A DNA stretch of 64,000 nucleotides from Minisyncoccia bacterium (GCA_038244685.1 JBBRTD010000002.1:2924-66923), one strand, 5' to 3'. Counted from the first letter of the stretch, positions 48,316 through 58,215 are shown. Made by a program: numbers and translations. Notes: generated from the sequence alone by a model not told the origin.

Positions 48316-50667
48316 ATGGAATCAAAAAGAATAGAATTTTTTAACAAGTTATCTTTCATTACATTATTATCAACGTTGTTTTTATCTTTGTTTTTCTTCA
48401 TACCTTATGTTCCCGTAACATTAGATGCAAGTAAGGGATTTTTGTTGTCTATAGGGACTACTCTCTCTGTATTCTTTTGGTTAATAGCAAGACTAGGGGA
48501 AGGAAAATTTACTGTTCCGAAGGATAGATTAATTATTCTTGCTGCTGTTATTCCTCTCGTCTTTTTGATTTCATCTTTATTCTCATCATCTCTATATATT
48601 TCAATGTTCGGAAACGGCTTTGAAATGGGAACTTTTGGTTCCATGCTTATACTATTTGTTATCTTCTTTTTGTCTTCAATGTATTTTCAAACAGAGAAGC
48701 GCTTATGGTATTTCTTCGGATCTCTTTTCCTTGGAGCATTGATTTTGTCTGTGTTTGAATTGTTCAATATGTTTATTGGCTTTGAACGTTTCTTCCCAGG
48801 TATTTTAAAGGGTATTTCATCCGGCAATCTTGTCGGTAGTTGGAATAATTTTGCTTTGCTTTTTGGTTTGATAATTCTTTTGTCTGTATTTACTATTGAA
48901 TTCTTAAAATCAAAAGGATTCTTTCTTTTTGTTCAGTATTTTCTATTAGTTACAGGATTATTCTTTCTAGTTGTAGTGAATATACCGCTTGTTTGGCTTC
49001 TAGTTGGATTATTTTCAGTTGTTATATTTGTTTACAGTGTTTCTATCCAGCATGCTGGAATTAAAATTGTTCACGGCGGCGGAGAAAAGAAAAGATTTCC
49101 ATTTGCGGCTCTTATTGTAGTATTTATTTGTCTTTCTTTTTTAATAGGCAGTAATTCTCTTGGTGGATTAATATCGAAATATATAAATCTTTCAAATCCA
49201 GAAGTTCGTCCATCTATCGTTACTACATCTCAGATTGCTTGGAAATCAATTAAGCACAATCCTTTATTAGGTACTGGTCCAAATACTTTCGCAATAGATT
49301 GGGCTCTATGGCAGCCAAAAGAAATTGCTTCAACAATTTTTTGGAATTCAGATTTTAACAATGGTTTTAGTACTCTATCTACTTTTGTTGTTACTACAGG
49401 TATCTTGGGTCTTCTTGCTTGGATTGCATTCTTTATTATTTTTGTAATTAGAGGAATTCAATCTCTTCGAGTTGCACTTAAAGATCCACTCTCGAATTAT
49501 TTTATACTGACAACCTTTATGGTTTCTTTATATTCTTGGATTACATTCATTATCTATACACCAAATATTATAATGTTAATGTTAGCCTTTTCTTCAAGTG
49601 GTATTTTGATTGGAATACTTGTTTACAGACAAGTTATTGGTACAAAAGAAATTTCATTCTTGAATGATCCTAGAAATAGTTTCTTCGCCATTCTTTCTTT
49701 GATGGTCCTTATGATTGGAACATTATCTGTTTCTTATTTGTATGTCGAAAAATTTACTTCAGTTATTTATTTCTCTAAAGGTTTAAATGCAAATAGCACA
49801 ATGGATTCTCTTGTTCGCTCAGAGAAAATGCTTACAAATGCTATTTCTTTAGATAAGAATGATGTTTATTACAGAACGCTTTCTCAGGTTTATATAGCAG
49901 AGATAGGAGTTTTAGTTAATGATGAAAAAATTTCACAAGATACATTGAAATCAACTCTTCAGCAGCTTATAAATTATGCTCAGAATTCAGCTTCACTTGC
50001 TGTTAGCCAGAATCCTAAACAGTATTTGAATTATGTTAATTTAGGTAATGTCTATGCAGCATTGGTTCCTTTGTCTGTAGATGGTAGTTATGAAAGTTCA
50101 ATTAGTTCTTACACTAAGGCTCAAGCTTTAGCTCCAAATAATCCTTCTATAATATTAGCCAAAGCTCAATTGGAATTCTCCAAAAAGAATACTGAAGAAG
50201 CAAGAAAGTTAATAGATCAAGCTCTTAGTCTTAAATTAAATTATACAGACGCACTATTCCTTCTTGCTCAAATTGAATCAAGTGAAGGGAATAATGCTTT
50301 AGCAATTAAGCAAGTTGAAAAGGCCGCTCAGATATCACCAAACGATTCAACTATATTCTTTAGATTAGGATTACTACGTTACAATAACTCCGAATTTGAG
50401 ACTGCTAAAAATGCATTTGAACAAGCTGTTATTTTAGATAATACTTACTTGAATGCTCGTTTCTTCCTTGGTAAGTCATACCAATCTTTGGGACGTAATG
50501 GAGATGCCTTAATTCAATTTAAGATATTAGCTAAGGTCTTACCAGATAATCAAGATATTAAAAAAGCTATTGAGTCTCTATCTGTTGTTTCAGCTCCAAT
50601 AACTCCTGCTACAACAACTGTTGATACTAAAACAATAAAAGGTAAAACAACTACAAAGACACAATAA
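48316..50667 (+). CDS. Multi-TM O-antigen-ligase-like protein with C-terminal TPRs
   Basis: About 12 TMs, PLLGTGPNTF, TTGILG, TPR repeats. Confidence 0.75.
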   Translation: MESKRIEFFNKLSFITLLSTLFLSLFFFIPYVPVTLDASKGFLLSIGTTLSVFFWLIARLGEGKFTVPKDRLIILAAVIPLVFLISSLFSSSLYISMFGNGFEMGTFGSMLILFVIFFLSSMYFQTEKRLWYFFGSLFLGALILSVFELFNMFIGFERFFPGILKGISSGNLVGSWNNFALLFGLIILLSVFTIEFLKSKGFFLFVQYFLLVTGLFFLVVVNIPLVWLLVGLFSVVIFVYSVSIQHAGIKIVHGGGEKKRFPFAALIVVFICLSFLIGSNSLGGLISKYINLSNPEVRPSIVTTSQIAWKSIKHNPLLGTGPNTFAIDWALWQPKEIASTIFWNSDFNNGFSTLSTFVVTTGILGLLAWIAFFIIFVIRGIQSLRVALKDPLSNYFILTTFMVSLYSWITFIIYTPNIIMLMLAFSSSGILIGILVYRQVIGTKEISFLNDPRNSFFAILSLMVLMIGTLSVSYLYVEKFTSVIYFSKGLNANSTMDSLVRSEKMLTNAISLDKNDVYYRTLSQVYIAEIGVLVNDEKISQDTLKSTLQQLINYAQNSASLAVSQNPKQYLNYVNLGNVYAALVPLSVDGSYESSISSYTKAQALAPNNPSIILAKAQLEFSKKNTEEARKLIDQALSLKLNYTDALFLLAQIESSEGNNALAIKQVEKAAQISPNDSTIFFRLGLLRYNNSEFETAKNAFEQAVILDNTYLNARFFLGKSYQSLGRNGDALIQFKILAKVLPDNQDIKKAIESLSVVSAPITPATTTVDTKTIKGKTTTKTQ

Positions 50668-50682
50668 AAATAGTTTAGTTTA

Positions 50683-52368
50683 ATGCCAAAAAAGATACTA
50701 ACATTTTTTAATAGAGAATTTAATGGGATAAACGAAGCCGCCTTATTGCTTGGCGGTTTCGCTTTTCTTTCACAACTGCTTGGACTAATCCGAGACAGAA
50801 CTCTTGCAAGTATTATAGGGGCTGGTCCTGTACTTGATACATACTATGCTGCATTTCGCGTTCCAGATTTCTTGTATATTTCTATTGCTTCCTTAGCTTC
50901 TATTACTGTTCTTTTGCCTTTCTTGATGAATAAAATTAATAGTGATGATGAAGGCAAGAAAGCCCGGCTTTTCCTAAATAATATATTTAGTGCTTATATG
51001 CTTTTCATGATTGTTATAAGCTTAATTGTGGCTTTATTAATGCCTTACATTGCGTATTATATTGCTCCTGGATTTTCTTCTGCGCAATTATCATCTCTTG
51101 TTATTACCAGTCGTATTATGTTGCTTTCGCCTATCTTTATAGGTCTATCAAACTTAATTGGCACAGTAACACAATTATTTAAAAACTTTTTCATTTTTTC
51201 CTTGTCGCCTATATTTTATAATTTAGGTATTTTATTTGGAATTGTATATTTTTATCCTATTTTTGGAGTGTATGGTTTAGCCTTTGGGGTTATATTGGGA
51301 GCGATTATGCATTTGCTTATTCAAATTCCAATTGTAATTCACCATGGTCTATTTCCTAAAATTACTTTTAAAATAAATTGGAAAGAAATATTTGAAGTAA
51401 TGAAGCTTTCATTTCCGAGAACCTTAGCTTTATCTTGTAATAGTCTCGCTTTCATAGTTCTAATTGCTATGGCGTCAACGTTGAAAGAAGGTTCTATTTC
51501 TCTATTTACTTTTTCTTTTAATTTACAATCTGTTCCTGTTGGAATAATTGGTATTTCTTATTCCGTTGCGGCTTTTCCTGTTTTAGTAAAATCATTCTCC
51601 CTAAAAGAAATGGATAAATTTATTGATCACATAATAGGAGCGGCTAAGCAAATAATATTTTGGACATTGCCCGTTATAGCTTTAATTATAATTCTTCGTG
51701 CTCAGATAATACGTGTCATACTTGGGTCTGGCACTTTCTCATGGTCCGACACAAGACTTACAGCCGCCGCTGTCGCTCTTTTTGTGATTTCACTTGCTTC
51801 ACAGAGTTTAGTTCTTTTGTTTGTCCGAGGGTATTATGCTGCTTCTAAAACTAAAAAACCATTGATTGTAAACATGTTCTCATCTCTTATGGTAATTATT
51901 TTTGCATATATAATTTTAGGTATTTTTAAATATTATCCTGGCACTTTAAATATTATTGAAACAATTCTTCGTGTAAAAAATGTTCCAGGGACAATCATGC
52001 TGGCCCTTCCACTGGCTTATGCATTGGGCTCACTTCTTAATTTCTTTTTGATATGGATTTTATTTAATCGAGATTTTCTAAGTTCAAGAAGAAATATGTT
52101 AAGTAGGACATTTTTTGAGAGTCTTTTGGGTGCTATTACAATGGGACTTTTTTCTTACATTTCTCTTAATTTTTTCAGTAAAATATTTGATCTTGATACA
52201 TTTTGGGAAATTTTATTCCAAGGTTTATTTTCCGGTTTAATCGGTATATCTTTTGGTCTATTGGTTTTATTTTTATTTAAAAATAAAGAATTATTATCTA
52301 TAGTAAAAACTCTTAGTCATAAACTCTCTAGTAATCGTATCGTTGTTCCAGAACAGGGAGAATTATAG
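50683..52368 (+). CDS. murJ: Lipid II flippase MurJ
   Basis: SQLLGLIRDR, YYAAFRVPD, YNLGI and RGYYA..KTKKP motifs. Confidence 0.9.
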   Translation: MPKKILTFFNREFNGINEAALLLGGFAFLSQLLGLIRDRTLASIIGAGPVLDTYYAAFRVPDFLYISIASLASITVLLPFLMNKINSDDEGKKARLFLNNIFSAYMLFMIVISLIVALLMPYIAYYIAPGFSSAQLSSLVITSRIMLLSPIFIGLSNLIGTVTQLFKNFFIFSLSPIFYNLGILFGIVYFYPIFGVYGLAFGVILGAIMHLLIQIPIVIHHGLFPKITFKINWKEIFEVMKLSFPRTLALSCNSLAFIVLIAMASTLKEGSISLFTFSFNLQSVPVGIIGISYSVAAFPVLVKSFSLKEMDKFIDHIIGAAKQIIFWTLPVIALIIILRAQIIRVILGSGTFSWSDTRLTAAAVALFVISLASQSLVLLFVRGYYAASKTKKPLIVNMFSSLMVIIFAYIILGIFKYYPGTLNIIETILRVKNVPGTIMLALPLAYALGSLLNFFLIWILFNRDFLSSRRNMLSRTFFESLLGAITMGLFSYISLNFFSKIFDLDTFWEILFQGLFSGLIGISFGLLVLFLFKNKELLSIVKTLSHKLSSNRIVVPEQGEL

Positions 52369-52419
52369 GCCATCTTTATTTTACTTTTGTTTTAAGGCTT
52401 TTTTTGCTAGTATAAGGGA

Positions 52420-54237
52420 ATGGATATTAAATCTATTAGAAATTTTTCAATTATTGCCCACATTGATCACGGCAAGAGTACTTTGGCTGACAGAATGCTT
52501 GAAGTAACAGGTACAATAGAAAAACGCAAAATGAAAGACCAAGTTCTTGATTCTATGGAATTAGAAAGAGAGCGTGGTATTACTATTAAAATGCAGCCAG
52601 TCCGCATGGAGTATACTTTAGATGACGAGAAGTATATTTTAAACTTAATTGACACTCCTGGCCACATAGATTTTTCGTATGAAGTATCTCGCGCTCTTAA
52701 GGCCGTAGAAGGCTCAATTTTGCTTGTAGACGCAACTCAGGGTGTTCAAGCTCAAACACTTACGACCTTACAAATGGCCCGCGACCTAGGTCTTGTTATC
52801 ATTCCTGTTGTTTCAAAGATAGATTCACCTTTGGCTAGAGTTGATGAAGTTAAAATGGAAGTTGCTTTACTTTTGGATATTGATCCAGATACGATAATGA
52901 TGGTTTCTGGTAAAACGGGTGAAGGGGTTAAAGATTTACTTTCCCATATAATTAAAAAAATTCCATCTCCAAAAGAATATGAAGTTGTGAATGGTACAGG
53001 TAGAGCCTTAGTCTTTGATTTTAAATATGATAATCACAGAGGGGTTATTGTTTATGTTCGTGTTATAGATGGAGAGTTTAGAAAAGGAGAATCACTTCTT
53101 TTTGCTGTTTCCTCAGAGAAATTTATTAGTCTTGAGGTTGGAACTTTTTCTCCAGAAGAAGAAATGAAAGATACAATTGGAACAGGGGAAATCGGCTATA
53201 TTGTTACGGGGATTAAGAAGCCTGGAATTGCTTCCGTTGGAGATACTATAACTTATACGAAGAAACCTTCAGTGGCCTTACCTGGATATATGAATCCTAA
53301 GCCAGTTGTTTGGGCCTCAATGTACCCAGAAAGTCAAGATGATTTTCCAAATTTAAAACAAGCCCTAGGCCGATTACGTTTATCGGACTCATCATTTTCT
53401 TACGAAGAGGAATCTTCTGGTTCTCTTGGACGAGGCTTTCGTTGTGGTTTTCTTGGGATGCTTCACTTGGAAATTATTGCAGAAAGGTTGAACAGAGAAT
53501 TCGATTTGGAGCTTATTGTTACAATGCCATCAATTACTTATAAGGTAGAACTTCGTAATGGTAAGGAAGAAACGATTTATTCTCCACATCTTTTCCCTGA
53601 CGATGGAAATGTATTAAAAATATTTGAGCCATGGGTAAATGTTAAAATCATTACTCCGTCTATCTACACTAGTTTTCTAATGCCATTTTTGTATGAGCAT
53701 GAAGCTCTTATTAAAAGTACTGAAAATTTTGGAGATAATAGATCTTCAATTGATTTGGAGATGCCACTTCGTGAACTAATGAGAAATTTCTTTGATGACA
53801 TGAAAAGTCTTACTTCTGGTTATGCATCTATTTCATATGAAATTGCTGACTACAAAGAAGCTGATGTAGTGCGTATGGATATTATTGTGGCGAATGAAGT
53901 AATGCCGGCCTTTTGTAGAGTTGTATCTAGGAGACGAGTTGAAGATGAGGCAAAATTCCAAGTTGAAAAGTTACAGAAAATTATCCCCAGGCAGCAGTTT
54001 GCTTTTAAAATACAAGCTAAGGCTCTTGGTCGGATTATCTCATCTGAGGCCGTGTCTGCATACCGTAAAGATGTGCTTATGCATGGTAGTAAGGTTGTAG
54101 GAGGTGGAGATGTAAGTCGTAAAAAGAAACTTCTTGAAAAGCAGAAGAAAGGTAAAAAGAGAATGCAATCAAGTGCAAAAATAAACATCTCTCACGAGGT
54201 GTTCCTAAAAATGATGCGAAGTAGTAATGACAAGTAA
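52420..54237 (+). CDS. lepA: Elongation factor 4
   Basis: IRNFSIIAHIDHGKSTLADR, GFRCGFLGMLH and KKLLEKQKKGKKRM motifs. Confidence 0.97.
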   Translation: MDIKSIRNFSIIAHIDHGKSTLADRMLEVTGTIEKRKMKDQVLDSMELERERGITIKMQPVRMEYTLDDEKYILNLIDTPGHIDFSYEVSRALKAVEGSILLVDATQGVQAQTLTTLQMARDLGLVIIPVVSKIDSPLARVDEVKMEVALLLDIDPDTIMMVSGKTGEGVKDLLSHIIKKIPSPKEYEVVNGTGRALVFDFKYDNHRGVIVYVRVIDGEFRKGESLLFAVSSEKFISLEVGTFSPEEEMKDTIGTGEIGYIVTGIKKPGIASVGDTITYTKKPSVALPGYMNPKPVVWASMYPESQDDFPNLKQALGRLRLSDSSFSYEEESSGSLGRGFRCGFLGMLHLEIIAERLNREFDLELIVTMPSITYKVELRNGKEETIYSPHLFPDDGNVLKIFEPWVNVKIITPSIYTSFLMPFLYEHEALIKSTENFGDNRSSIDLEMPLRELMRNFFDDMKSLTSGYASISYEIADYKEADVVRMDIIVANEVMPAFCRVVSRRRVEDEAKFQVEKLQKIIPRQQFAFKIQAKALGRIISSEAVSAYRKDVLMHGSKVVGGGDVSRKKKLLEKQKKGKKRMQSSAKINISHEVFLKMMRSSNDK

Positions 54238-54369
54238 TTATTAAAACAAACTTGGCATATAAAGTAGTATCATACTTACAATTACCAATATTGAAATTAC
54301 TGCAAAAACCTTCTCTACCTTTTTTTTATTTTTTTGACCGAAAAACATGATATAATAATAGCATTAAAA

Positions 54370-54753
54370 ATGTCGGAATTCAATAGAAAAAATAAAAACA
54401 ATTTTTGGCATTCACCATTAGTCCTAATAGTGCTATTTTGTATTTTAATTTTATTTGTTTTCAATATAATAGGTTTAGCTGAAAAAGAAAGAGAAACCGC
54501 CAAGAAAAAAGATATAGAGTTATCGAAGATTGAAAATCTTCGTATTCGAGAGAAAACTCTTACCGACGATATCAGTAGGCTAAAGACAGAAGAAGGAATA
54601 GAAGAAACAATAAGAGATAAATATCAAGTTGTAAAAGAAGGCGAAAAAATGGTTGTAATTGTGGATGAAGAGACGAAAGAAGTAACACCCCCGGTAGAAA
54701 AAAATACCGGGCACGGTTTTATTTTTTGGTTAGAAGGTATTTTTAAAAAATAG
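54370..54753 (+). CDS. Septum formation initiator (FtsB/DivIC family)
   Basis: One TM, a coiled coil, and E..IRDKY...KEGE; start at 54370. Confidence 0.8.
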   Translation: MSEFNRKNKNNFWHSPLVLIVLFCILILFVFNIIGLAEKERETAKKKDIELSKIENLRIREKTLTDDISRLKTEEGIEETIRDKYQVVKEGEKMVVIVDEETKEVTPPVEKNTGHGFIFWLEGIFKK

Positions 54754-54778
54754 TATTGTATTTTTTTTGATAGAAAGA

Positions 54779-54849
54779 GCAGGATTGGTTTAGTGGTAGA
54801 ATGCGACCTTCCCAAGGTTGAGGCACGAGTTCGATTCTCGTATCCCGCA
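54779..54849 (+). tRNA. tRNA-Gly(CCC)
   Basis: GCAGGAT...ATCCCGC-A (A3:C70 mismatch), anticodon arm CGACC-TTCCCAA-GGTTG. Confidence 0.88.
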
Positions 54850-54928
54850 CATATATAAAAACTTTTGAAAAGTTATACTGAAGCCTATGCTCTTCAATCA
54901 GAGTAATCGCGGTCTCGTATTGCGCACA
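54850..54928 (+). repeat. Degenerate tRNA-3'-associated element behind tRNA-Gly
   Basis: TCTCGTATTGCGCACA (54913-54928) matches 54836-54851 at 14/16; preceded by AGAGTAATCGCGGT. Confidence 0.65.
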
Positions 54929-55009
54929 ATTCTGTCAAGATTTGTATATTTTTCGTCTATGGTATAATCATAGTAGTTTTCAAATTATAAGTTAATTATT
55001 ATAAATATA

Positions 55010-55252
55010 ATGAATAAAGTAAAAATATACAGTACGCCTACATGCCATTTTTGTCATATGGCAAAAGATTTTTTCAAGGAAAAAGGTGTAGAATTTGAAG
55101 ATTTTGATGTATCTACAGATCTTGAAAAGAGAAAAGAAATGCTTGAGCGTAGCGGTCAGATGGGTGTTCCTGTGATCATTTTAAATGATAAAGATTTAAT
55201 TGTAGGCTTTAATAAGACAAAAATAGTAGAAATTTTAGGAATAACAGAGTAG
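55010..55252 (+). CDS. Glutaredoxin-like protein (NrdH/YruB type)
   Basis: YSTPTCHFC, GQMGVP and IVGF motifs. Confidence 0.92.
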   Translation: MNKVKIYSTPTCHFCHMAKDFFKEKGVEFEDFDVSTDLEKRKEMLERSGQMGVPVIILNDKDLIVGFNKTKIVEILGITE

Positions 55253-55275
55253 CATTATTTCATTTTTTGACGTAT

Positions 55276-55305
55276 TATAAAAGCACCAGAAATGGTGCTT
55301 TTATA
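55276..55305 (+). terminator. Hairpin between the glutaredoxin gene and tRNA-Arg
   Basis: TATAAAAGCACCA-GAAA-TGGTGCTTTTATA. Confidence 0.65.
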
Positions 55306-55309
55306 GTTT

Positions 55310-55381
55310 GCCCTCGTAGTTCAATGGATAGAACAGTTCCGTCCTAAGGAATAGATGTAGGTTCGATTCCCGCCGGGGGCA
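55310..55381 (+). tRNA. tRNA-Arg(CCT)
   Basis: GCCCTCG...CGGGGGC-A, anticodon arm GTTCC-GTCCTAA-GGAAT. Confidence 0.9.
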
Positions 55382-55415
55382 CAATATATTTTATTATTTA
55401 GTAATTATAAAAATT

Positions 55416-57008
55416 ATGTCATTTGGAAAAAGATTTTTTAAAAAAATAGAAGGGCCATTTAATCATGGAATAAAGAGTGCAGCCATAGCGACAGTAATGC
55501 TTTCTAGTTTAAATGAGGTTCAAGCTGGAGAAAATACAACCAAAGATAAGGAAATTATCAAAACAGAAACAGGAACTGAAATAAAAACAAATAAAAGTGA
55601 AAATACATATTTTATGTCTCCTGCTGATTTTTTAAATGAAAATGAAAATTTCAAGTCAGAGATTAGTCGTTCTGGAAACAAAATTGAGTTTCAGGCTATT
55701 AGTCGTTTTAGTGTTGACTCACACATAATTTTAAATGAAGCGAAAGATTCAATAGTCCGCGACTTTCAAGAGTTGTTAAATAATATTACTCCTGAGAATT
55801 TTGACGAAATTTTAAAAAATGGGATTAATATTCTTGCATATTCTGATCCTAGAATAACTAAGAAATATAAAGATAATGAAGAATTGTCTTTAAAAAGGGC
55901 TGGTGCAATGAAAGAAATATTAATTGGATATTTAAAGAGCGATGCATATTTCTCAGGCTTGAACTCTGAACAAAATGAAAAAATTCGGAATATAAAATTT
56001 AATTTTGAAATACCAGAATCTAAAATAGTAAAAAATGCACAGAAAGGGGTTATGAATCCTGAAGATAAGGGTATCGACACAAAGGGGATGACGGACGATC
56101 AGTTGAAAAAAGTTTATGATGATTACTGTCGTGGAGTTATTGTATCTATTGAACTAGAAAAGACCAATATAGAGCCATTAAAATCAATCGACCCAAAAAT
56201 TCCTTCAATACCTTTAGAAAAATTACCACCGAAAATTAATTGGAATGCTCAGTATAAAGTTATCAATATTGATAATAGCCCTTCTGTCGGAAGAAAAAAT
56301 CACGATAAGGGTACTTCTTTTGAGTATATGATTAATCAGATATCTAAAGATGTAAATTTGGAACAATCAGAGATTCATCTTAGATTTTTTTCAGATAAAT
56401 TAGGAGAAATTATTACTTGTAAGGGGAAAGAAGATCTATTTAAAAAGATAAAGAAAGATGAATATAAGGGGAGTGTTACTGAAAAAACTTTAGATACAGC
56501 CACTTCTTCTATTGAAGATATGCCTCAAAATAATGATGAGAAGATATTAACATCATTAACCGATGAAGCCTTGCAATATGTGACCATAAATAAGATAAGT
56601 AAAATTGAAAAATTATCTAAGGATAAGAATACTAACTTTAACGTGGTTTATATTACAAAAGATAAAAAAATAAGAATTATTGATATTAATGAAATAAAAT
56701 CTATTTCTGAAAAACAGTTGATTAATGATTTACGAGGAACTTTTAGTGAATATATAAAAAGTAAGAATTTAGATGTTGGACAGATGAAAGATTTAGTTTC
56801 CAAAAAGGAAAACCAGAATAAAATTTTATCCCTAAAAGAATCAATTGAAAAAAATTCTTTAGATGAAATTTTGAGCAATCCACTAATTAAAGAAATATAT
56901 ATACCTAGCCTTTATCCAGACCTTAAGGGATACCTTTATAATCGTACAATAAACCCAATTTCACTGGAGAATGCAGGCGTAGAAGTTAATAATTCTAATA
57001 AGATTTAG
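55416..57008 (+). CDS. Secreted protein with an OmpA-like domain and a vWA-like domain
   Basis: Signal peptide; AYSD...NEELSLKRA..MK..L (OmpA-like); IDNSPS (DxSxS) and SLTDE (MIDAS-like). Confidence 0.6.
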   Translation: MSFGKRFFKKIEGPFNHGIKSAAIATVMLSSLNEVQAGENTTKDKEIIKTETGTEIKTNKSENTYFMSPADFLNENENFKSEISRSGNKIEFQAISRFSVDSHIILNEAKDSIVRDFQELLNNITPENFDEILKNGINILAYSDPRITKKYKDNEELSLKRAGAMKEILIGYLKSDAYFSGLNSEQNEKIRNIKFNFEIPESKIVKNAQKGVMNPEDKGIDTKGMTDDQLKKVYDDYCRGVIVSIELEKTNIEPLKSIDPKIPSIPLEKLPPKINWNAQYKVINIDNSPSVGRKNHDKGTSFEYMINQISKDVNLEQSEIHLRFFSDKLGEIITCKGKEDLFKKIKKDEYKGSVTEKTLDTATSSIEDMPQNNDEKILTSLTDEALQYVTINKISKIEKLSKDKNTNFNVVYITKDKKIRIIDINEIKSISEKQLINDLRGTFSEYIKSKNLDVGQMKDLVSKKENQNKILSLKESIEKNSLDEILSNPLIKEIYIPSLYPDLKGYLYNRTINPISLENAGVEVNNSNKI

Positions 57009-57047
57009 GACTTTTGTTTTTAGATTAAATATGATAAAGTGAGACTT

Positions 57048-57350
57048 ATGGATGAAGAAACAAAAAAGCTTTTAGAGGATAATTATGTTTTAAATAAAGA
57101 TAATAATCAGATGCTTACTAAGCTTGTTCTTTACCAGAAGTGGAATCAGATTTATCGAATTGCATATTGGGCTATTATCATTCTTTCAACTCTTGGAGCC
57201 TTTTACTTCCTACAGCCATATTTAAGCAGTTTAATGGGTGTTTATACGGGGGGAGTAGGTATATCTAATACTGGAAATATTGGTGATATTAGTAAAAATA
57301 TAGGGAGCAATAAAGAGATACAAGATTTGATTAAATCTTTGAATAATTAA
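57048..57350 (+). CDS. Hypothetical single-TM protein
   Basis: MDEETKKLLE..L..DNN.ML..L...YW.II....GAFYFLQPY. Confidence 0.7.
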   Translation: MDEETKKLLEDNYVLNKDNNQMLTKLVLYQKWNQIYRIAYWAIIILSTLGAFYFLQPYLSSLMGVYTGGVGISNTGNIGDISKNIGSNKEIQDLIKSLNN

Positions 57351-57396
57351 GTAATTTGGTTCTGAATTGTTAGATGAAAAGTTTTAAAAATATATT

Positions 57397-57469
57397 GCCT
57401 AGATAGCTCAGTTGGTAGAGCGCTCCCCTGAAGAGGGATAGGTCCCCAGTTCAAATCTGGGTCTAGGCA
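57397..57469 (+). tRNA. tRNA-Phe(GAA)
   Basis: GCCTAGA...TCTAGGC-A, anticodon loop CT-GAA-GA, T-loop TTCAAAT. Confidence 0.93.
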
Positions 57470-57646
57470 CAAAAAAATAATGGAATCACCTTCAGGTAGA
57501 TAGCCAGTTCAAATCTCTAGTCTAGGCACAAAAAAATAATGGAATCACCTTCAGGTAGATAGCCAGTTCAAATCTCTAGTCTAGGCACAAAAAAATAATG
57601 GAATCACCTTCAGTTAGATAGCCAGTTCAAATCTCTAGTCTAGGCA
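57470..57646 (+). repeat. Three tandem 59-bp tRNA-linked repeats, each ending in the tRNA-Phe 3' end
   Basis: Units at 57470-57528, 57529-57587 and 57588-57646; one G>T change in copy 3. Confidence 0.95.
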
Positions 57647-57669
57647 CAAAAAGTAAAAATATCACCAAA

Positions 57670-57706
57670 AAATAAAACACCTCGCTTAGGGCGAGGTGTT
57701 TTATTT
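57670..57706. terminator. Bidirectional intrinsic terminator
   Basis: AAATAAAACACCTCGC-TTAGG-GCGAGGTGTTTTATTT. Confidence 0.88.
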
Positions 57707-58208
57707 AGATTGATTTAACTTTTAGTTTCGTTTCTCGATTCTTGTCTATCTTAGGAAGCTTGATTATTAATAATCCATGCTTTTCTATTGCTTCAGCTTC
57801 TTCAGGGTCAATTTCTTCTGGTAGGGTAATACTTCTCGAAAATGTTCCCCAGTAAAGCTCCTGCACGAAGTAATTTTCTTTATTAATTGATTGATTTTCC
57901 TCTCTTTTTCCACGAATGGAAATGGTATCTCTTGTGATATCGATAGATAAATTATCAGGATGAACACCTGCGATCATTGCTTGAACAATTATTTCGCTTT
58001 GTGTTTGGTATAAATCTATAGTAAGTTCTGCTTCTTGTTCCTCTTCCCACTTAGATTCTCTTTCACCATCCTCTGACTCTTCTATATCTCTACCTTGTAA
58101 ACTAACTTTTTTAACAGCAACAACAGAAGGATTCATTAATTCTTCTTCTTGATCTTCTAAACGAATGCTACCTGTTAGACGCTCTAAAAATGATCTCTTT
58201 TTTATCAT
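57705..58208 (-). CDS. Hsp20/alpha-crystallin small heat-shock protein
   Basis: IDLYQT, ISIRGKR, ELYWGTFSRSITLP and GLLIIKLPK motifs. Confidence 0.92.
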   Translation of the reverse strand: MIKKRSFLERLTGSIRLEDQEEELMNPSVVAVKKVSLQGRDIEESEDGERESKWEEEQEAELTIDLYQTQSEIIVQAMIAGVHPDNLSIDITRDTISIRGKREENQSINKENYFVQELYWGTFSRSITLPEEIDPEEAEAIEKHGLLIIKLPKIDKNRETKLKVKSI

Positions 58209-58215
58209 ATATAAT

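Noticed and set aside
57470-57646. Possible CRISPR array
   Set aside because: The units are near-identical along their whole length with no unique spacers, derive from the tRNA-Phe 3' end, and no cas genes are present.
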